Assembly (NCBI GenBank): GCA_965215195.1
Contig: CBDCDC010000001.1
Coordinates: forward strand, 416,001-480,000
DNA from: Candidatus Latescibacterota bacterium
GTDB lineage: Bacteria > Latescibacterota > UBA2968 > UBA8231
Reading direction: 5' to 3'
Length of the DNA: 64,000 nt
The position numbers and the translations under genes were made by a program. The stretch's first letter is position 1, and the number at the start of each line of letters is the position of its first letter. The notes under the pieces were generated by a model, which saw nothing but the letters and a program-made list of their open reading frames with translations, did not search any database and had not been told where the DNA came from. This document shows, in pieces, positions 60,309 through 64,000 of the stretch.

Positions 60309-60525
60309 TGGTCGCTGAGTGCGAGGAGAACCAGCAGCCACGTGCGCGCCCAATAGGCGCTGTTCGTGGGCCAGTTCTGCCAGTAGGTTTCGTTGTGGGG
60401 GATTCTGTGATACCACTGGAGCAGGGGAATGGAGGGCAGCTCGCGCAGCCAGATTTCCATGGCTTGGCGAAAGTGTGCAAGCAGGCGCGGCTCGTCCGGG
60501 GCCGTGCCGGCCATGCGATCGAAGT
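60299..60525 (-). pseudogene. C-terminal remnant of an ABC family-5 solute-binding protein
   Basis: FRQAMEIWLRELPSIPLLQWYHRIPHNETYWQNWPT..NSAYWARTWLLVL resembles the OppA/DppA-type C-terminus; no upstream body. Confidence 0.6.
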
Positions 60526-60573
60526 GGGTGCTCAGCACGCAGTTAAGCATGACGGACAAGCTCCATACGAAAG

Positions 60574-60602
60574 TTGACATACACTATGCTATTAAATAGC
60601 TT
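60574..60602 (+). promoter_or_regulatory. Putative sigma70 promoter
   Basis: TTGACA-N17-TAGCTT upstream of RBS AAGGAGG and the 60664 start; small palindrome GCTATTAAATAGC overlaps it. Confidence 0.45.
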
Positions 60603-60663
60603 GAACGGACAAAAGGGCGCATGTTACAACGCTTCTAACGCACTCTCTAAAAGGAGGATAACC

Positions 60664-61572
60664 ATGAAAATTCTTGCTGTTTTTGGCGTTTTGCTGTTGG
60701 CTGCGGGCGCGTGCTTGGCGCACAGCAACGCCAATGGTTTTGGCTATTTCGCGTTGGAATGGCCCGCGGATGTTGCGTACGTCGCCGATGGTGAGGACGG
60801 AGATTGGGCGTGGTACGACCCCAATTTCATCGTCACGCCCGACGAAATGGGCGAGGTCGTCCAGCAGGTGATTCCAGACAAGAGCGATATCGACGTTTCC
60901 ATAAGGACCGCTTGGACGCAGCCCCCCGACAACCGCATCTTGGGCTTTGTGCGGGTGACGGACGACTCCCTGCACGCCGCCGAAACGGATCCAGAGAACG
61001 GGTGGTTTGAGGACGATCTCGAAATTATTACCGACGGCGACCACAGCGGTGGTCCGTACCGCGATCCGAACCAAGTGAACGCCCAGCAGTGGACCATGCA
61101 CGTGCAGGTTCCCGGCGGGTATTCGACGCCCTACGGCAACGGCACGACTTGGCTGCGCAAAGACGCCGACCCGGCCAAGCAGTGGGCCACGGCCTACATT
61201 GAGGCCGATGTCAGTCTCAGCCCTCCGGGCGCTACGCACGGATCGACCAATGTCACCTTAGGCTATGAGTTTGCCATGCCGCTGTGGGTGAACTTGGAAA
61301 ACGACGAAGCCTCTACCGAGCGCGTGGTCCTGCAGCCGGGCATGACCGTTGGTCTCACCTACCAGCTCAACGAGGCCGATACAACGCCGGCTGAAGGCGC
61401 GGCCCGGACGCATCAGCTAGTAACCGGAGACGTCAACGGGGCGCATAGAGATCAGGATTTCGCCTCTGACTTTACCTTGTTGACCGTAGATGAGTACACC
61501 CGAGGCAGCGATGTTGGCACCGCGGTCGAAAGCAGTGCTTGGGGAAAAATTAAGGCGACTTTCGACGAGTAA
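60664..61572 (+). CDS. Secreted CBM9/DOMON-like protein with C-terminal TAVE..WGKIK tail
   Basis: Signal peptide; DG...DW, VTDD, DDLEI..DGDHSGG, YEFAMP; ends TAVESSAWGKIKATFDE. Confidence 0.75.
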   Translation: MKILAVFGVLLLAAGACLAHSNANGFGYFALEWPADVAYVADGEDGDWAWYDPNFIVTPDEMGEVVQQVIPDKSDIDVSIRTAWTQPPDNRILGFVRVTDDSLHAAETDPENGWFEDDLEIITDGDHSGGPYRDPNQVNAQQWTMHVQVPGGYSTPYGNGTTWLRKDADPAKQWATAYIEADVSLSPPGATHGSTNVTLGYEFAMPLWVNLENDEASTERVVLQPGMTVGLTYQLNEADTTPAEGAARTHQLVTGDVNGAHRDQDFASDFTLLTVDEYTRGSDVGTAVESSAWGKIKATFDE

Positions 61573-61590
61573 CGTTTCCCCATTTTAGCA

Positions 61591-61630
61591 GCGGGGGAGG
61601 AGAGGTGTGTAATGTTTCCTCCCCCGCTTT
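61591..61630 (+). terminator. Rho-independent terminator-like hairpin
   Basis: GCGGGGGAGGA...TCCTCCCCCGC followed by TTT. Confidence 0.65.
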
Positions 61631-61663
61631 CGCGTTTGTAGGATGTCTGGGAAGCGCTTTGCC

Positions 61664-62389
61664 ATGAGTCCATGCTTGGGTGCCTTGGTGCTGCTGGCGC
61701 TGGTCGGTTGTGGCCGCTATTTCCCCGGGCCGATCGCACCCGCGCCCGAAAATCGCCAAGAAGCCTATGCCTCGGTCGAAGACGACGGGACCATTACCGC
61801 TGTTTTTAACCGCCTCGAAATCTCCCTGCGCCCCATGGCGGACGAAGAGCTGAACCGCCAATTCGCCGACTACTCTGCGGCGGGTGCCAATTCCAAGAAT
61901 CCCTATACCTTTGGCAACTGGAAGCCGCTGGGCGATACGTACACGCCGCCAAAGTACACCGTCTTTTCCGTCGAGGTGAAAAATTACGAGTATCCCAAGG
62001 TACATCTGGATCCCACCCGCATAACCCTCGTCTCCCAACAGGCCGGCCGTGCGTACGATCCCCTCAACAGAACGGACATCCTCGAATTCTATGCTTCCAT
62101 GATCCCCGGATATGCGGGCAATGCCTATAGTATCTTCCAAGAGCGGCGGGAGATTCTGACCCGCACCATGTATCCCGACGAAGACGTTTTCAGCGGCCAA
62201 GAAGTCGAGGGGTACGTGGTGTTTCCCGCGTTACCGCACGACATCAATGAGTTTACAGTTCACCTCAGCCACGTGGCGATTCGCTTCGACTTCAGGCAGC
62301 AGCCGGTCGAGACCATAGATCTGGCGTACCGGTTCCAGCGCGAGGTGTTCAGGGGATATCAGCCGCCGGCCGATTGGGCGCGGGAATGA
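61664..62389 (+). CDS. Hypothetical lipoprotein
   Basis: Lipobox LVGC; NPYT, F.VEVKN, GQEVEGYVVFP (DUF4352-like Ig fold). Confidence 0.7.
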   Translation: MSPCLGALVLLALVGCGRYFPGPIAPAPENRQEAYASVEDDGTITAVFNRLEISLRPMADEELNRQFADYSAAGANSKNPYTFGNWKPLGDTYTPPKYTVFSVEVKNYEYPKVHLDPTRITLVSQQAGRAYDPLNRTDILEFYASMIPGYAGNAYSIFQERREILTRTMYPDEDVFSGQEVEGYVVFPALPHDINEFTVHLSHVAIRFDFRQQPVETIDLAYRFQREVFRGYQPPADWARE

Positions 62390-64000
62390 GACGGCTCGCC
62401 GGCAGCCTCGCTTTGTGCGGAGCGTGTTGTCTGAGTGCGCCGCTTGAAGCACAGGTCGAAAGCTATCGGGTCGGTGGGGACGGATTTTCTTGGGATTCGC
62501 AGGCCGCAGTCGCCGGGGGCGTAGATCTGCAAGACCCGGCTCTGATCCGTCCCATCGGTTTGGCAGCAACCGACAACATCCTCCGCTCGCTCGGCTGGAG
62601 CGACTCGCCTACCCTCGACTTTGTCGCCGAAGGCCGTGCCCACATCTGGGACAACGCCGCGATCGAAGGGTCCGCCGCCACCTTGGTCGATGGCGATGAG
62701 CAGACTTCTTCCGGCGACCGCTTCAAAGGGCTGGGGACCGATCAGACCGGTCGCGTCTTTTTCTTGGACTTGGGGGCTTCTTTTCCGGTCAATCGCCTGA
62801 TCTACTTCCCCAGCCCATCCTTTCCCGACGACTTTCCGCGCGCCTTTGAACTTTCCGCCAGCGATGGCCGCGACTATACCCAGCAGGGGGAACCGCGCTA
62901 TCAGGTACTGAAACGCGTTGATTTGCAGACCGAGCCGAGGACGACAATCGACTTCCCAGTGCAGCTAATCCGCTTTATCAAGCTGCGCATCCTTTCTCCC
63001 AATCCGTTTGAAATAGCGGAAATCCAAGCCTTTGGCACGGGTTTCGTGCCCAAGGGCACGTATATTTCCAAGCTCATTGAACTGCCCACAGCAGCGATTC
63101 TCGGTACGCTCTCCGTCAAAGCCACCAAGTTGCGCCGGCAGTCAGACGGCCTCCTGCGGCCAACAGCGGAAGCAGCCGCGTCCGTGGACCTGACCCTGCG
63201 CAATGGCGCTGACGAGACCCCCTTGGTCCATTTTGAAATCGTCGATCGCGAAACGGGTTCGGAGCAGCCCACGACCGCAGACGCCTATACTAAGCTGGCC
63301 GAGGATTTTCGCGGTTCCATCCTCGACGATGCCGAAAATTGGACTTGGAAGAATCCGATCCGCATTGATTCGACCGGAACTTTTACCTATCCCCTCGAAC
63401 TGCCCGGCCCGAGGCGGTACTTTGATTTTCAGCTCTTTTTTCGCGGCACTTCTACCGATCTCGTCCAGATAGACAGCTTGGCGGTTAGCTACTCACTGCC
63501 TCTGGCCGACCGCGCCGTAGGCGAGGTAGCCGTTGTCGCAGACCCGTTCCCCGCAGGGGGCATCGTTGCGGTGCCGGCCGGTCGAGATACCCTTTTTACC
63601 TATGATATTCGGGCGGAATTTGGCAGCACTGCGCAGGTTGGATTCGATGGCTTGCACATCGCGACCCAAACCGAACCGACGTTGCTCAAGTTCGAGATGG
63701 GCGAGCCGCTCGTCGAGGTAGTGCCCGACAGCGTCCACGCGGATGCGAGTGGGTTGATGCTGTACTTCCCATCGAACCGGATCGCGCCGAATAACAACCA
63801 GCCGCTGCGCGTTACTTTTCGCACGGCGATTCTGGTCTATGCCACTAACTTGGTGAGCCACCTAATCGACTCCGGGGGCCGCTTGCCCCAGCCCGTCGCG
63901 GCCGGCGATGCCAGTCCGGGTGTTGGCACTAACACCAACCGGGTCTTTTTCTCCAATGCCGCAAGAGGGGGGATTTTATCCGCGATGCAGGTCGTACCGG
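62386..64000 (+). CDS. Large secreted protein with a discoidin (F5/8C)-like domain, 3'-partial
   Basis: ATGA-coupled start MRRLAGSLAL; LVDGD..FLDLGASFPVNR..F..FELSASDG..EIAEIQAFG.GF; frame appears open to the window end (absent from the ORF track). Confidence 0.75.
   Translation, partial: MRRLAGSLALCGACCLSAPLEAQVESYRVGGDGFSWDSQAAVAGGVDLQDPALIRPIGLAATDNILRSLGWSDSPTLDFVAEGRAHIWDNAAIEGSAATLVDGDEQTSSGDRFKGLGTDQTGRVFFLDLGASFPVNRLIYFPSPSFPDDFPRAFELSASDGRDYTQQGEPRYQVLKRVDLQTEPRTTIDFPVQLIRFIKLRILSPNPFEIAEIQAFGTGFVPKGTYISKLIELPTAAILGTLSVKATKLRRQSDGLLRPTAEAAASVDLTLRNGADETPLVHFEIVDRETGSEQPTTADAYTKLAEDFRGSILDDAENWTWKNPIRIDSTGTFTYPLELPGPRRYFDFQLFFRGTSTDLVQIDSLAVSYSLPLADRAVGEVAVVADPFPAGGIVAVPAGRDTLFTYDIRAEFGSTAQVGFDGLHIATQTEPTLLKFEMGEPLVEVVPDSVHADASGLMLYFPSNRIAPNNNQPLRVTFRTAILVYATNLVSHLIDSGGRLPQPVAAGDASPGVGTNTNRVFFSNAARGGILSAMQVVP

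Overview
A GC-rich bacterial window that is almost entirely coding. Gene content suggests Candidatus Latescibacterota or a related FCB-associated candidate phylum, possibly a sponge symbiont (inference). The pointers are six PhyH-family Fe(II)/2-oxoglutarate oxygenase loci, three mandelate-racemase/enolase genes, three Gfo/Idh/MocA genes, two sulfatase-family genes, FlgD-Ig/T9SS-like tails, a C-terminal 'T(A/S)VE..WG.(I/V)K' motif, and eukaryote-like Kelch, Receptor-L, FN3 and vWA proteins. Recognisable housekeeping genes are purN, sat, ettA and arsC. Main observations: (i) two large PpiC foldase lipoprotein genes each lie head-to-head with a protein, or remnant of one, carrying the 'WG.K' tail, a candidate sorting/secretion module; (ii) a PhyH subgroup lacks the Asp of the HxD iron motif, making it halogenase-like, and one member is a tandem with a dead domain; (iii) an internally duplicated unknown membrane protein heads an operon with GMC and Gfo/Idh oxidoreductases; (iv) an exact 2,600-bp insertion bounded by 10-bp direct repeats splits a sugar ABC operon and carries an FN3/Ig-PQQ dehydrogenase-cytochrome c fusion; (v) the toxic partner is lost in three TA/RM modules; (vi) there are MITE-like and REP-like elements. 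I saw no rRNA, tRNA, CRISPR array or intact transposase.
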